Sequence record: ON529852.1
Length of the DNA: 64,000 nt
Direction: 5' to 3' (one strand)
Positions 44,439 to 54,200 of this stretch are shown here, piece after piece. A model generated the notes under the pieces. The model saw only the letters and a list, made by a program, of their open reading frames with translations, searched no databases and was not told the DNA's origin. A program made the position numbers and the translations under genes. Every line of letters starts with the position of its first letter. Positions within the stretch are counted from its first letter, which is position 1.

Positions 44439-44608
44439 AAGGGTTCCATAGCCACGCCTCGCGCCGGGTCCGACCCCCCCGCGCGCGGTGTCACGCGCTC
44501 GCCTCATCCGGGGCGGGGCGCCCGGCCACGCGCCCCGACATCAGGAGGCGCGAGCCCGCCCGGCTGGGCGGTCGATCGGTCATGCCGGCGACCGCCAGGG
44601 CGGGGGTG

Positions 44609-44796
44609 CGTCGAATCGAAACGGCGTCAGGTCAAGTCGGCCGGCGTCGAAACGAAACGGCGTCAGGTCAAGTGCGTGCGCGTCGAATCGAAATGGCGTC
44701 AAGTCAAGTTCGCTTGCGTCAAATCGAAATGGCGTCAGGTCAAGTGCGCTTGCGTCAAATCGAAACGGCGTCAGGTCAAGTGCGCGGGCGTCAAGT
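44609..44796 (+). repeat. 36-bp tandem repeat x5 (CGTCA/GTCAAG array, locus 2)
   Basis: Units start at 44611, 44647, 44683, 44719, 44755. Confidence 0.9.
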
Positions 44797-44981
44797 TCGC
44801 CTGGGCGGGACGCGCCGACGCCCGGCGGGCGAATGCCGACCGGGCGTCTTTTGATCAGGCGGGAGCCCGATGAATTCGAGTCACGGAACCTAAAAACAGA
44901 GTCCGATGAGCACGAGGGCGAAAACCATCTTCGACGCGCTACAGAGTTTATCGAGCATATTCAGGGGCTTCCTTCTACTAC

Positions 44982-45084
44982 GGAGTCACGTCTGGTGGAA
45001 AACGTGACAGGGAACCGCCGGAGTCATCGTTCGTGGCTAAACTGACTCCGAATTGGAGTCACGTCTGGTGGAAAACGTGACTCC
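44982..45084. repeat. three GGAGTCA-N16-TGAC(TCC) dyads
   Basis: 44982, 45020, 45055; the first and third share 27 identical bp. Confidence 0.85.
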
Positions 45085-45096
45085 GGGGTTTCGGTT

Positions 45097-46104
45097 TCAG
45101 GCCTCGTCTTGGAGGACGACCGTGGCGGCGGTCGTGCGGCTGGCGAACTGCTCGCTCGCGATGCTCCCCTTCAGCCCTTCAAAGGCCATGATGCTCGCCC
45201 TCAGGTCCGGGGCAATGTAGTCGGTCCCCTCAGCCGACGCGTCCGCCTGAAACAGGTCCAGCAGGCGCGCCCGCACCCCGGCGGCGTCGTCCGCATAGAG
45301 GATCGGGGCGCCCTCCTGCTCGGGTTCGATCCGATACGGGCGGCGCTCGCACTGGATGTCGAACGGGCCTTGCCAGTTGCGGACCTCGGCCGGCGCCAGG
45401 GCGGCGTCGGACAGTTCGTCATAGACGCCTTTTTCGCGATCGAAGCAGGCTTCAACCTCGGCCTGCGAGACATAGAAGGCGTGCCGGGCCTCATCCGCCG
45501 CGATAGCGTGGTCCATGATCCAAGCCTGGCCTTGGAAGGTCGCGCGATAGGGCAGGGTCTCGGGCGCCGGCAGGGCGGACGCCGGGGGATCGCGGTCCAT
45601 CCAGTAGCGGTAGAGGGCCGCCCAGGCGCGCGCGCGCTGGCGGTCCCCCGTCGCGGGCAGGTAGGCGTCGTGCAAGGCCTCGGCGGCGGCGGTGCGATCC
45701 GGCGTGTCCGGGTCGGCCTGATCCGCATCAAAGGCGTCGAAGGTCAGCAGGACGGCCTGCGTGTGGCGGGCGGTCCATTCGCCGTCCGGCCCGGCCGCCA
45801 GAACCTCGCGCACTTCGGGAAGGGTCAGGTGGGAAAACTGGGCAGGGTCCCCGACGATGAATTCGGCAGGGTCCCCGACGATGAATTCGGCAGGGTCCCC
45901 GGCCGTCGATTCGCGAGGGTCCCCGATGATGAATTGCGCAGGGTCCCCGGCGATGGATTCGGCAGGGTCCCCCCGCTCGATGCTTTCCGCGATGCCGTAG
46001 AGCCGGCCGATCAGGCCTTGGGCGGCTTCCGGCGTGGGGTTGTGACGCAACGCCAGCACTTGGGCGGCGGCGGCGCGGATCAGGGCGGGATAGGTGATGC
46101 TCAT
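45097..46104 (-). CDS. hypothetical protein, 335 aa, with 6x GDP(A/R/T)xxxx repeat
   Basis: CtrA promoter plus RBS; the repeat is encoded by the AGGGTCCCC array. Confidence 0.8.
   Translation of the reverse strand: MSITYPALIRAAAAQVLALRHNPTPEAAQGLIGRLYGIAESIERGDPAESIAGDPAQFIIGDPRESTAGDPAEFIVGDPAEFIVGDPAQFSHLTLPEVREVLAAGPDGEWTARHTQAVLLTFDAFDADQADPDTPDRTAAAEALHDAYLPATGDRQRARAWAALYRYWMDRDPPASALPAPETLPYRATFQGQAWIMDHAIAADEARHAFYVSQAEVEACFDREKGVYDELSDAALAPAEVRNWQGPFDIQCERRPYRIEPEQEGAPILYADDAAGVRARLLDLFQADASAEGTDYIAPDLRASIMAFEGLKGSIASEQFASRTTAATVVLQDEA
45844..45972 (+). repeat. AGGGTCCCC array, locus 2 (6 units, 24 bp period, inside a CDS)
   Basis: Cores at 45844, 45868, 45892, 45916, 45940, 45964. 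Confidence 0.9.
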
Positions 46105-46298
46105 AAAGGGCTCCTCTTGGAGGGAGATGGTCAGAGGTCCTGTCTAGCGGCCAATCGTTAACATCCGGTTAACGGGCCGCGTTCAGGGGCCGGCGCCGGC
46201 GTTCACCCGGCGTTAAGGTTAACGGCGGACGGGCGACCCGAAAGCGCCCGCCTGCGGTGCATCGCAGGCGGGCGCGGACCTGACGGGGAGACGGGCCG

Positions 46299-46778
46299 TC
46301 AGGCGGTCGGGGACAGTTCGTCCTCGAAGGCGTGATGCTCGGCGCCGTCTGCGGTGCGGACCAGATACATAGGTCCGACCTCGGCGTCAGCCTCGGCCTC
46401 GGACAGGGCGCGCACGACCTCGGCGGGCGTGTCGGGCGGCGTCGTCGCGTCCGAACAGGTCGAGGTGAACAGGACGCGGGCGCCCGGCTCGAAGGCATAG
46501 ACCAAGGGCTCGGCGGCGTCGTCGTCGTTCGACGCCTGGAACTCCGCCGACGACCCGTCGATCGAGGTGCCGGGCCAGGACGCGCCGGGATCGGCCAGCA
46601 TCGTCAGACAGCCGCTGATGTCGGGCTGGGCGCGGGTGCCGATATAGTCGCGATAGGCGTCCGGTTCGCCGACCGGGGTTCCGGGGTTCTCGGCGTGGAA
46701 GCGTTGCAGGGCCGCGTCGAACAGTTGGCGGGGGTCGGTCACGTCGAGGGTGATGGTGATCTGGTAGGCGTCGCGCAT
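46299..46778 (-). CDS. hypothetical protein with SH3-like C-terminus, 159 aa
   Basis: CtrA promoter plus RBS. Confidence 0.8.
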   Translation of the reverse strand: MRDAYQITITLDVTDPRQLFDAALQRFHAENPGTPVGEPDAYRDYIGTRAQPDISGCLTMLADPGASWPGTSIDGSSAEFQASNDDDAAEPLVYAFEPGARVLFTSTCSDATTPPDTPAEVVRALSEAEADAEVGPMYLVRTADGAEHHAFEDELSPTA

Positions 46779-46847
46779 GGGGGCTCTCCCGGCTGGGTGT
46801 CGATGATCTGACCCTAGAGGACAGAAGTTAACAGGCGGTTAACGCGC

Positions 46848-47621
46848 TCAGGTATTGAGCGCGGGAACCGGGGCGAGGAGGCCATACAGTTCGTTATAGT
46901 CGTCGCCCTCGGGCGCCTTCTCGGCGGCGTTCATCTTGGCGTCATAGTCCTGCATCGCCGTGACGGTGCGGTCGTAAGCGTCCGCCTTGGCCTTCATGAC
47001 CGAAACGTCGGTGTTGCGGGTCGAGGCCAGCAGGGCGGTGCGGGCGGCCTCGGGCAGGGCGTCCCACGCCTGATCATCCAGATCAAAGGCCCGCATGGCG
47101 CGGCTGGCGTCCTCGCGCTCGGCCTCGTCCAGTTCGTCCACGCGGGCCTTCAACAGGTCGCGCTGTTCGGCGTCGGGCAGGTTGGCGAGGATGAAGCGCA
47201 GGTCCACGTCCGAAATCCCGTTGCCGCGCAGGAAGGCGACGACGCGATCCCAGGCGGCGACCTCGGCCACCGCGTCGCGCGGTTGCAGGTCGAACAGACG
47301 GGCGGCGTGGTTGTCGCTGGCCTCCGACAGCATGGCGATCAGGTCTTCCGCCGTCGTGTCGTTCAGCAGGGCGGTGGGGCGGGGCAGGGTCCGGCCGTCC
47401 GTCACTCGGGTGTCCCAGTTGATGGTCGGCGTTATCGTCAGTTCCGACATGACGGTCCAGCCGTCTTGCAGGTCGGAGTCGCCTCGGAGGGCGGCCACGG
47501 CCTGTTGAACCGCCTCCTGCGGGGTCTCCGCCGTGACGGCGACCGTCTTGTGGGCGAAGAGGGTGGCGTAGGCCGTGACCAGATAGTTGATCTGGGCCGA
47601 AGATCGGACGGGGCTGGACAT
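46848..47621 (-). CDS. hypothetical protein, 257 aa
   Basis: CtrA promoter plus RBS. Confidence 0.8.
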   Translation of the reverse strand: MSSPVRSSAQINYLVTAYATLFAHKTVAVTAETPQEAVQQAVAALRGDSDLQDGWTVMSELTITPTINWDTRVTDGRTLPRPTALLNDTTAEDLIAMLSEASDNHAARLFDLQPRDAVAEVAAWDRVVAFLRGNGISDVDLRFILANLPDAEQRDLLKARVDELDEAEREDASRAMRAFDLDDQAWDALPEAARTALLASTRNTDVSVMKAKADAYDRTVTAMQDYDAKMNAAEKAPEGDDYNELYGLLAPVPALNT

Positions 47622-47766
47622 GGTGTCTCCTGTCGTTGCGTTGAGGCTGTTCTAGCGCCGATGTCTTAACAAAAAGTTAACGCCGGTCAACTCTTTTCGT
47701 CGGCCCAGGTCCGTTAACCTTAACGCGACTGGGCCGCAGAACGCCCGGCCGAAGCCGGGCGCCGCG

Positions 47767-48513
47767 TCACTTGACCGGGGGCAGGTTGCGCAGATCGACG
47801 GTCGGCGGGGCGCCGTTTGTGGCGGCCTTGGCGGCTTGGAGGATCGACTCCATCAGGGTCTTGGTCGCCCTGCCGTCGCGCAGGCGGGCCGCCGCATCGG
47901 TCGATTCGACGTCATCCGGGATGATGGTCGGCGCCGCCTTCAACGCCTCCAGACAGGCCTTCATCGCGGCTTTCGCGCCGAGGGTGGCTTGCGCCGCCGC
48001 CGCGCGAAGGGCGTCGGCGTAATCGCCCTGCTCTTCGTCCGCCATCTGCAAGAGACGGTCCTGCTCCTTCAGCAACCGCGCCGCCTCATGGGCGGTGACG
48101 GCGATGGCGTTGGGCAGGGCCTGGGCCTCCTTGGCGTAGAGGGTCAGCAGTCGGGCCGCCTCCTCGGCGTCTTCGGCATAGACGGCGCCGGCGTCCGACC
48201 AGTTGTTGACCAGCACCGCCATGGCGGCCTCGGCCGCATAGTGGGGCAGGGAGGAGCCGCTGCCGATGTCTTCCAGCTTCTGGCACAGGCGCAGGGTCAG
48301 GGGGTCGGTGTTCTGGGCCAGGGCGAGGGTCAGGAACTCGGGCTGGACCTGAAACTCCGTGACGGAACCGGCGTCGTCGTCCGCCGACAGGCCTTCGGCG
48401 TCCCTGTAGTGCTGAATGGCGAACTCCAGCGAGCGGCGCACATGGGCGGGGTCCACCGCGCCGCCTTCGATCTGCAAGCTGACGATGTAGTTGATGTTGA
48501 CGGGTGCGGTCAT
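47767..48513 (-). CDS. hypothetical protein, 248 aa
   Basis: CtrA promoter plus RBS. Confidence 0.8.
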   Translation of the reverse strand: MTAPVNINYIVSLQIEGGAVDPAHVRRSLEFAIQHYRDAEGLSADDDAGSVTEFQVQPEFLTLALAQNTDPLTLRLCQKLEDIGSGSSLPHYAAEAAMAVLVNNWSDAGAVYAEDAEEAARLLTLYAKEAQALPNAIAVTAHEAARLLKEQDRLLQMADEEQGDYADALRAAAAQATLGAKAAMKACLEALKAAPTIIPDDVESTDAAARLRDGRATKTLMESILQAAKAATNGAPPTVDLRNLPPVK

Positions 48514-48651
48514 CGGTGTCTCCTGATGTGGCGTTGACCCTGTTCTAGCACCGATTCGTTAACAAGAAGTTAACACGATGCTGCGAAACGCTCGCGTTAA
48601 CCTTAACGGCGGGCGCCCCGAAAACGCCCCGACCGAAGCCGGGGCGCAGGA

Positions 48652-48975
48652 TCAGCAGACGGTGTTCGCGCCGACCGTTTCGGAGACGTGGGTGGGTTCC
48701 TCGTCTTCATCGTCTTCGGCGTCGTCCGCCCCGGACGGCTCCATGTCAGGATAGGTCGCGACCATTTCGCTGGCCCATTCGTCCACGGCGCCCACGGCGG
48801 CGGCCAGGTTGCCCTGCTCCCAGTTGTCCCGAACGGCGGTCGCCAGCATCACGCCCTCGGCGGCGTCCTGATACAGCGCCAGCAGCAGGGCCGTGGACAG
48901 GGTGACGGTCTTCTCGCCCGCGTTCATCGCGGCGTCGAGGATGGTGTCGATGGTCGGTTCGGCGGCGTCGGTCAT
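48652..48975 (-). CDS. hypothetical acidic protein, 107 aa
   Basis: CtrA promoter plus RBS. Confidence 0.8.
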   Translation of the reverse strand: MTDAAEPTIDTILDAAMNAGEKTVTLSTALLLALYQDAAEGVMLATAVRDNWEQGNLAAAVGAVDEWASEMVATYPDMEPSGADDAEDDEDEEPTHVSETVGANTVC

Positions 48976-49030
48976 GGGTGTCTCCCGGTGGTTGATGGGC
49001 TGACCCTACAGGCCAGAGGTTAACAAGCGG

Positions 49031-49450
49031 TTAATGGGTGCGGAGTTCGGCGGTGGGTATTTCGACGCCGTCGCGGTAGGCGAGCGAGCCGAGGACGCCG
49101 AGGATCGGGTTATAGTCGCCGCGTTCTTTCTCGGCGGCGTAGAAGCGTTCGAGGATGGCGGGCTGGGCGGCGAAACGGTTGTTCCGCCACATCGGCGTCA
49201 ACTTCGGCGGCAGGCCGTCGAAGATGAACCATCCACGCTCATGCGTCGCGCCGCCCATCCAACGCCGTTTGCGGCTGATGTAGATTTCACGCTCACCGTT
49301 GCCCGCCAGCAGCCAGACCGTCCGCCCTGGCAGGGCCAGAGACAGGTCGCGCAGGGCGTCGCGCATCATCTGCTCCGACAGGGCGACAAGGCGGATTTCC
49401 GCCGCCTCGACCGCTTCGAGGGCGACGACGAAGGGATCGCGGCGGCTCAT
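49031..49450 (-). CDS. hypothetical protein, 139 aa
   Basis: ATGA coupling; stop in a CtrA box. Confidence 0.75.
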   Translation of the reverse strand: MSRRDPFVVALEAVEAAEIRLVALSEQMMRDALRDLSLALPGRTVWLLAGNGEREIYISRKRRWMGGATHERGWFIFDGLPPKLTPMWRNNRFAAQPAILERFYAAEKERGDYNPILGVLGSLAYRDGVEIPTAELRTH

Positions 49451-49746
49451 GCGGCGACGGGGACGCAGCGCGTCCCTTCCGGCAGGAGGTCGAGCGCGGC
49501 TTGGGTGAAATGGAAGCGAATCGGCCCCTCATAGTCGCCGCGCTCGATGGCGTCGGCGGCGGCGGTTCCCCAGCCTTTGGAAACCGAACCCTTGGGCGTG
49601 ATGTCCACCCAATTGGGGGCGTCATAGAGAATCTTGATCCGCACGGTGTTTTCGGTGCGGCGGATCAGAAAATACTCGGTCCCGTCCGGGCCGACGATCT
49701 TGTGCGTCGGCTTGGACAGCTTGGCGCTCGGGGGCAGGAAGGCCAT
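49447..49746 (-). CDS. hypothetical protein, 99 aa
   Basis: CtrA promoter plus RBS. Confidence 0.8.
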   Translation of the reverse strand: MAFLPPSAKLSKPTHKIVGPDGTEYFLIRRTENTVRIKILYDAPNWVDITPKGSVSKGWGTAAADAIERGDYEGPIRFHFTQAALDLLPEGTRCVPVAA

Positions 49747-49887
49747 GAGGTGTCTCCTTTGTTCCTGATCGTTCTAGCAGGGAGAAGTTAACAAGAGGTT
49801 AACGGCAGGCGAAAAGGCGCGGCGGCCGGCGTTAACCTTAACGCGACGGGCTCGCAGAAAGGCCGGGGGAGCGCCCCGGCCTTGGCG

Positions 49888-50583
49888 TCACTCGCTGGCG
49901 TGGCCCGCGTCGATCTTGACCGCCAGTTGATCGAAGCGGTCGGCCTTGTGGCGCAGCCAGTCGGCGGCCCGCTCGATGACCTCGACCATCGGCAGGCGGT
50001 GAACCAGACCGGACGGGAACGATCCCGACAGGTTGTCCAGCAGCTTGATCGGCGGGACGTGGCCGCAGGCGATATAGGCCGCCGCAAGGTGGTCGGTCAG
50101 GTTCATGCCGCCGCCGGTCAGGGCGATTTCATAGTCCGGTTCGTCGTGGCGGCCGTTGGCGATCTCGATCAGGGTGCAGGCCAGACCCCAGGCGTCGAAG
50201 CGCGCGGCGATGGCGGCGACGCCCTCCGAGTCGACGTATTTCAGATCGACCGGCCAGCCGTAGTTCATCATGGGGTCGAAGCTGTCGCGCCACTCGTCGT
50301 AACCGTCCGACTGGCGGAAGGCGTCTTCGAGTTCTTCGTCGGCCAGCACGGCGGCGCCGTCCACTTCGAACAGGGCGCGGGCCTTGGGGAAGTCGTCCCA
50401 GAGTTCCGAAGCGCGCTCGTCGATCACGCCCAGCGTGATCGCGGGCAGGACCGTTTGAAAGCCGGGCTCGCCGGTGTCCGCGTTGTGGAACTCCGACCAG
50501 TCGCGCTCAATCGAGTCGTTGGTGATCGAGGCCAGCGAGAAGGTCGCGTCGGCGGCGATGGGGCGGGCGAAGGGCTGCGACAT
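49888..50583 (-). CDS. hypothetical protein, 231 aa
   Basis: CtrA promoter; AAGGA RBS. Confidence 0.8.
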   Translation of the reverse strand: MSQPFARPIAADATFSLASITNDSIERDWSEFHNADTGEPGFQTVLPAITLGVIDERASELWDDFPKARALFEVDGAAVLADEELEDAFRQSDGYDEWRDSFDPMMNYGWPVDLKYVDSEGVAAIAARFDAWGLACTLIEIANGRHDEPDYEIALTGGGMNLTDHLAAAYIACGHVPPIKLLDNLSGSFPSGLVHRLPMVEVIERAADWLRHKADRFDQLAVKIDAGHASE

Positions 50584-50759
50584 GGGGGCGGGTTCCTTTG
50601 GCATATGGTTCTTATGCTGAGACTATGCACCTCATGTCTTAACAAAAGGTTAAAATCAAGCAGTATATGGGTCATATGCTGAAAAAGATGGTTAACCCCG
50701 CGTTAAGGTTAACGCCCGCCGCCGGACAAAAGAAAACCCGGCCGAAGCCGGGTCTCTCG

Positions 50760-51467
50760 TCAGATTTCGTCGGGCGGGACGCCGTTCATGTGATCGACCG
50801 CCCCCGCCCAGGCCTCTTCCTCGCTGACGGCCCAGGCCACGTCGTCGCCCTCGGGGCCGATAGCGGTGTAAGGATAGGTCTCACCCTCCTTCTCGGAGAA
50901 GACGACCTGATAGCCCGCCGCCGAGGCGATGGTCTCGTTGTCGTCCTCGTCGTCTTCGCTCCTGAAGAGGCCGTCGCCCGCCAGCAGGTCGTCAATCGCC
51001 TGATTGCCGCGCTCGGACAGCAGGTCTTCGATGCGGCGGGCGTTGTCGCGCAGCCAGCCTTCCGGGTCGTCGCCGCCGTAGCGGTCGGTCAGGTCGTCGG
51101 TGGTGAAGACGACCGGCACGGCGCCGGCGACGCGGATGGCCTCGGTCAGCGTATAGACATCGACCTCGGCCCAGGCCGATTCGACGCTAGAGCGAAACCC
51201 GGCGACTTCCTCGGCCAGCAGGACGGTCTCACCGTCCGTCAAGTCGGAAAGGGATTCGATCTGGTCGAGCGGCTTGAGGGTTGCGATGCCGTGGTCGTTC
51301 AGGGCCTCGCGCAGGCTTTCGCCCGACCCCGTCGAAATCAGGGATGCGGCGGCGGCTTCAGTTTCGGCGCGCATGGCCTCGGCTTGAGAGGCGAAGGGTG
51401 TGCTCTCCGGGGCGTTGTCGGCCGACTGGAAGGTCAGTTGGAAAAGCTGGATGCGGGCGGTGGTCAT
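50760..51467 (-). CDS. hypothetical acidic protein, 235 aa
   Basis: CtrA promoter plus RBS. Confidence 0.8.
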   Translation of the reverse strand: MTTARIQLFQLTFQSADNAPESTPFASQAEAMRAETEAAAASLISTGSGESLREALNDHGIATLKPLDQIESLSDLTDGETVLLAEEVAGFRSSVESAWAEVDVYTLTEAIRVAGAVPVVFTTDDLTDRYGGDDPEGWLRDNARRIEDLLSERGNQAIDDLLAGDGLFRSEDDEDDNETIASAAGYQVVFSEKEGETYPYTAIGPEGDDVAWAVSEEEAWAGAVDHMNGVPPDEI

Positions 51468-51527
51468 GCGGGTGTCTCCCGGTGAATGTCGATGATGCGA
51501 CCCTAGCGGTCAGAGGTTAACAAGAGG

Positions 51528-51635
51528 TTAACCGATGGTGTAGCGGCGCCAGATTTGTTGCCCCAGCATGACGGCGAACACCGCCAGCATGACCAGCACG
51601 GTCACGACCAGGGTTCGGGGTCCGGGGCGGGCCAT
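51528..51635 (-). CDS. single-TM peptide, 35 aa
   Basis: TGATG coupling; stop in a CtrA box. Confidence 0.55.
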   Translation of the reverse strand: MARPGPRTLVVTVLVMLAVFAVMLGQQIWRRYTIG

Positions 51636-52096
51636 CAGTCGCCCTCGTCGTCAAGGGTCTCGATGTCGCGAATGTTGCCCTCCCACAGGACGCCGGTCGG
51701 CCAGTAGTCAAGCTGCATCTTCACGCGCGCATGACCGGCGTCCGCGTCAGTCAGTCCCTCGGTGATGATCTCGACGATCTCGCCCCGGTCGGCTTCCGCG
51801 CCGACATAGGCGCGCTGACCCACTTCCCAGTCGCCGACCTCGACCTCGTCTTCCTCGTCCTCTTCATCCGTGTAGGGTTCCAACCCGCGCATGGCGTCGG
51901 CCCAGGCCGTGACCGCCGCGACGTTGTCGCCGAGGATCGGGGTGGTGGAGCCCCACTGCTGATAGGAGCCCTCGTAATAGGAGGCCTTGATGAAATGCTC
52001 CAGACCGCCGGGCTCGCGGCGGTGGAACACGACCCAGGCGCCGTCCTCGGCTTCTTGCGCGTTCGGGCCGCGAATTTCGATCAGCTTGGAAGTCAT
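51635..52096 (-). CDS. hypothetical acidic protein, 153 aa
   Basis: CtrA promoter plus RBS. Confidence 0.8.
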   Translation of the reverse strand: MTSKLIEIRGPNAQEAEDGAWVVFHRREPGGLEHFIKASYYEGSYQQWGSTTPILGDNVAAVTAWADAMRGLEPYTDEEDEEDEVEVGDWEVGQRAYVGAEADRGEIVEIITEGLTDADAGHARVKMQLDYWPTGVLWEGNIRDIETLDDEGD

Positions 52097-52252
52097 GACG
52101 GGTGTCTCCTGTCGGATGGCGTTGAAGCCTGTCTAGCAGGAAGGCCTTAACAAGAAGTTAACGCGAAGGGAAGTCGTATTTTAACTTTCCGTTAAGGTTA
52201 ACGGACGGCGGTCGGGAAAGAAACGCCCGGCTTCAGACAGCCGGGCGTGGGG

Positions 52253-52447
52253 TTAGCGGCGTTCGCCGATGGACTCGATCAGGAGGCAGCGGCTGACCAA
52301 CAACGGCAGGTCAGAGCCCCGCCGGTTGCGGGGCTTCCCCGCCTTGGTGTAGGCGCGTAGGCTGAGGGAACCGCTCGCCAGTTCCGCGCGGCTGACATAG
52401 GTCGATCCGCCGAGGATGAACGAGACCTGTTCGACGGCGGGTCTCAT
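52253..52447 (-). CDS. hypothetical protein, 64 aa
   Basis: ATGA coupling. Confidence 0.65.
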   Translation of the reverse strand: MRPAVEQVSFILGGSTYVSRAELASGSLSLRAYTKAGKPRNRRGSDLPLLVSRCLLIESIGERR

Positions 52448-53064
52448 ACAGGCCCCGCGCCGACGTAGGCGGCGGTTTCTGCCAGCACGGCTTCAAGGGT
52501 CGCGTCGGCGATCATGTCGTCGGCGCTATACTGGCGCGCGGCGGCGCGGTAGGCGGCGGCGGTCGCCTTGGACGGATCGTCGCGGAAGGCGTCGCAGGCC
52601 TGATCCAGGGTCGTCACACCATGATCCTCCTTAATCGTCAGTAGCGGTTCGTCGCGGCCGATGGCGTAGAGGAAGACCGACACGTCGCGGTCAGGCTGGG
52701 CGAAGCCCTGCTGATTCCAGATCATCCCGGCGAAGTGCTCGGCGGCCTCGCGATCCAGCGTGTCGGCGATCCGGTTGTCCAGCACCGTGTCCGTGCGGTG
52801 GTCGTAGGCGACGACGCGGAAGCCGGGCAGGGCGGCGGGCTGCACCGCGAACTCATAGCGCACGTCTTCTTCGGCGATCCAGCGGCTGATGTCTTCGATG
52901 GTCGGTTGCAGATCGTCCGGGGCGTCGTTGTCGGCTTGCAGTTCGCGCACGACGTCGCTCAAGGCCTCGGCCTCGCTGACATGGATCGAGGCGCCCAGGC
53001 CGCCCGAATGGGACGTGACCAGGATGACCAGGGCGGGCAGGCCGGAAATGGCGGAAAGCTTCAT
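52444..53064 (-). CDS. hypothetical protein, 206 aa
   Basis: CtrA promoter plus RBS. Confidence 0.8.
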   Translation of the reverse strand: MKLSAISGLPALVILVTSHSGGLGASIHVSEAEALSDVVRELQADNDAPDDLQPTIEDISRWIAEEDVRYEFAVQPAALPGFRVVAYDHRTDTVLDNRIADTLDREAAEHFAGMIWNQQGFAQPDRDVSVFLYAIGRDEPLLTIKEDHGVTTLDQACDAFRDDPSKATAAAYRAAARQYSADDMIADATLEAVLAETAAYVGAGPV

Positions 53065-53206
53065 GGGGGTCTCCTTCGTTGAGGCTCCCTTGTCGCACGG
53101 ATTCGTTAACAAGAGGTTAACGCGGCGCGTTTATTTTCCGTTAAGGTTAACGGCCGGGCGGGGGGCCGAAAAAGCCCGCCGGGGGAGACGACCCGGCGGG
53201 CTCGGT

Positions 53207-53290
53207 TCAGATCAGCGCCAGCAGGCTGAGCGCGATCAGAATATTCATGGCGACGACCGGGCGGACATGCGCCGACAGGACGGCGGTCAA
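53207..53290 (-). CDS. possible hydrophobic peptide, 27 aa
   Basis: TTGA overlap; MNILIALSLLALI tail. Confidence 0.35.
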   Translation of the reverse strand: MTAVLSAHVRPVVAMNILIALSLLALI

Positions 53291-53598
53291 GCGGCGGCCT
53301 CGGGGAAGACGCGGCCGTCGCCGGTCTGGACTTCCAGCGCGGTCGCGGCGGGCTTCAGCCCGGACTGTTCCAGATCGACGCCCAGCGAGCGGACGGCGTC
53401 CTTTTCATCCTCGCGCCAGGCCCCGGCGACCGGGATCGCGCGTTCCAGCACCTTCTTGCGGTCGTCCTGATAGGCGCCGAGCGCCCGGAACTGAACCGGC
53501 GAGGCCTTGGTGCGCTGGCGGCTGAGCATGGTCACGACCAGCCGACGCTGCGGCGAGACGGTGATGCGGAAGGTGCGGGTGACGGTGGGTGCGGGCAT
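53287..53598 (-). CDS. hypothetical protein, 103 aa
   Basis: AAGGAGG RBS. Confidence 0.75.
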   Translation of the reverse strand: MPAPTVTRTFRITVSPQRRLVVTMLSRQRTKASPVQFRALGAYQDDRKKVLERAIPVAGAWREDEKDAVRSLGVDLEQSGLKPAATALEVQTGDGRVFPEAAA

Positions 53599-53763
53599 TC
53601 AGGCCTCCTTTCGGGGGAGTTGTTTCAGAGCCCAGCGCCGGGCCGCCCCTCGGGACGGCAACGGGGTGGACATGGCGATCAGGGTGTTGTCGCCGTTCCA
53701 GGCGGCGCCGTAGTAGGTCCCGTCAGGACAGGCGGCGGTGGTGACGTAGGCGGGGGCGCGCAA
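53599..53763 (-). CDS. hypothetical protein, 54 aa (TTG start)
   Basis: GAGGA RBS; fills the gap. Confidence 0.55.
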   Translation of the reverse strand: MRAPAYVTTAACPDGTYYGAAWNGDNTLIAMSTPLPSRGAARRWALKQLPRKEA

Positions 53764-53765
53764 GG

Positions 53766-54140
53766 TCAGTCCTCATCCTCAAAGACCAGAGCGAACTCGC
53801 TGTCGGGGTCGTTGAACTCCAAGGCCGTGGATTCGGCATAGGTGGTGGTGCGCGAGTGGCCGAAGACGCCGGTCGCCTCGTCCTGCGAGACGACCGTGTA
53901 GGTCATGCGGACATCGGTGATGTTGGCGAAGTCGCCGAAGTGCTGATCGCGGCGGATCAGGCCCGAAATCGCGGTGACCTTGGCCGAGGCCAGCAGTTCG
54001 CGGCGGATCGACTGGACCGCATCACGCGCTTCGGCGCCGCTGGCGAAGGGTCGCACGAGGTCCACAGTCTGGATCAGGGAAATCGTCTGATTCATCCAGC
54101 CGGTCCCGACCAGATAGAGTTTCAAGGCGGCGTGGTTCAT
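53766..54140 (-). CDS. hypothetical protein, 124 aa
   Basis: CtrA promoter plus RBS. Confidence 0.8.
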   Translation of the reverse strand: MNHAALKLYLVGTGWMNQTISLIQTVDLVRPFASGAEARDAVQSIRRELLASAKVTAISGLIRRDQHFGDFANITDVRMTYTVVSQDEATGVFGHSRTTTYAESTALEFNDPDSEFALVFEDED

Positions 54141-54200
54141 GCGGGGTCTCCTTCCCGGTGGTCGATGGTCTGACCCTACGGGCCAGCGGTTAACAGGCGG

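Noticed and set aside
44611-44790. CRISPR array (36-bp and 24-bp repeats)
   Set aside because: Units are contiguous tandem repeats without unique spacers; no cas genes.
44488-45045. 185-aa repeat protein (also ORFs 62540..63152)
   Set aside because: Translation of non-coding tandem repeats; no RBS and poor codon usage.
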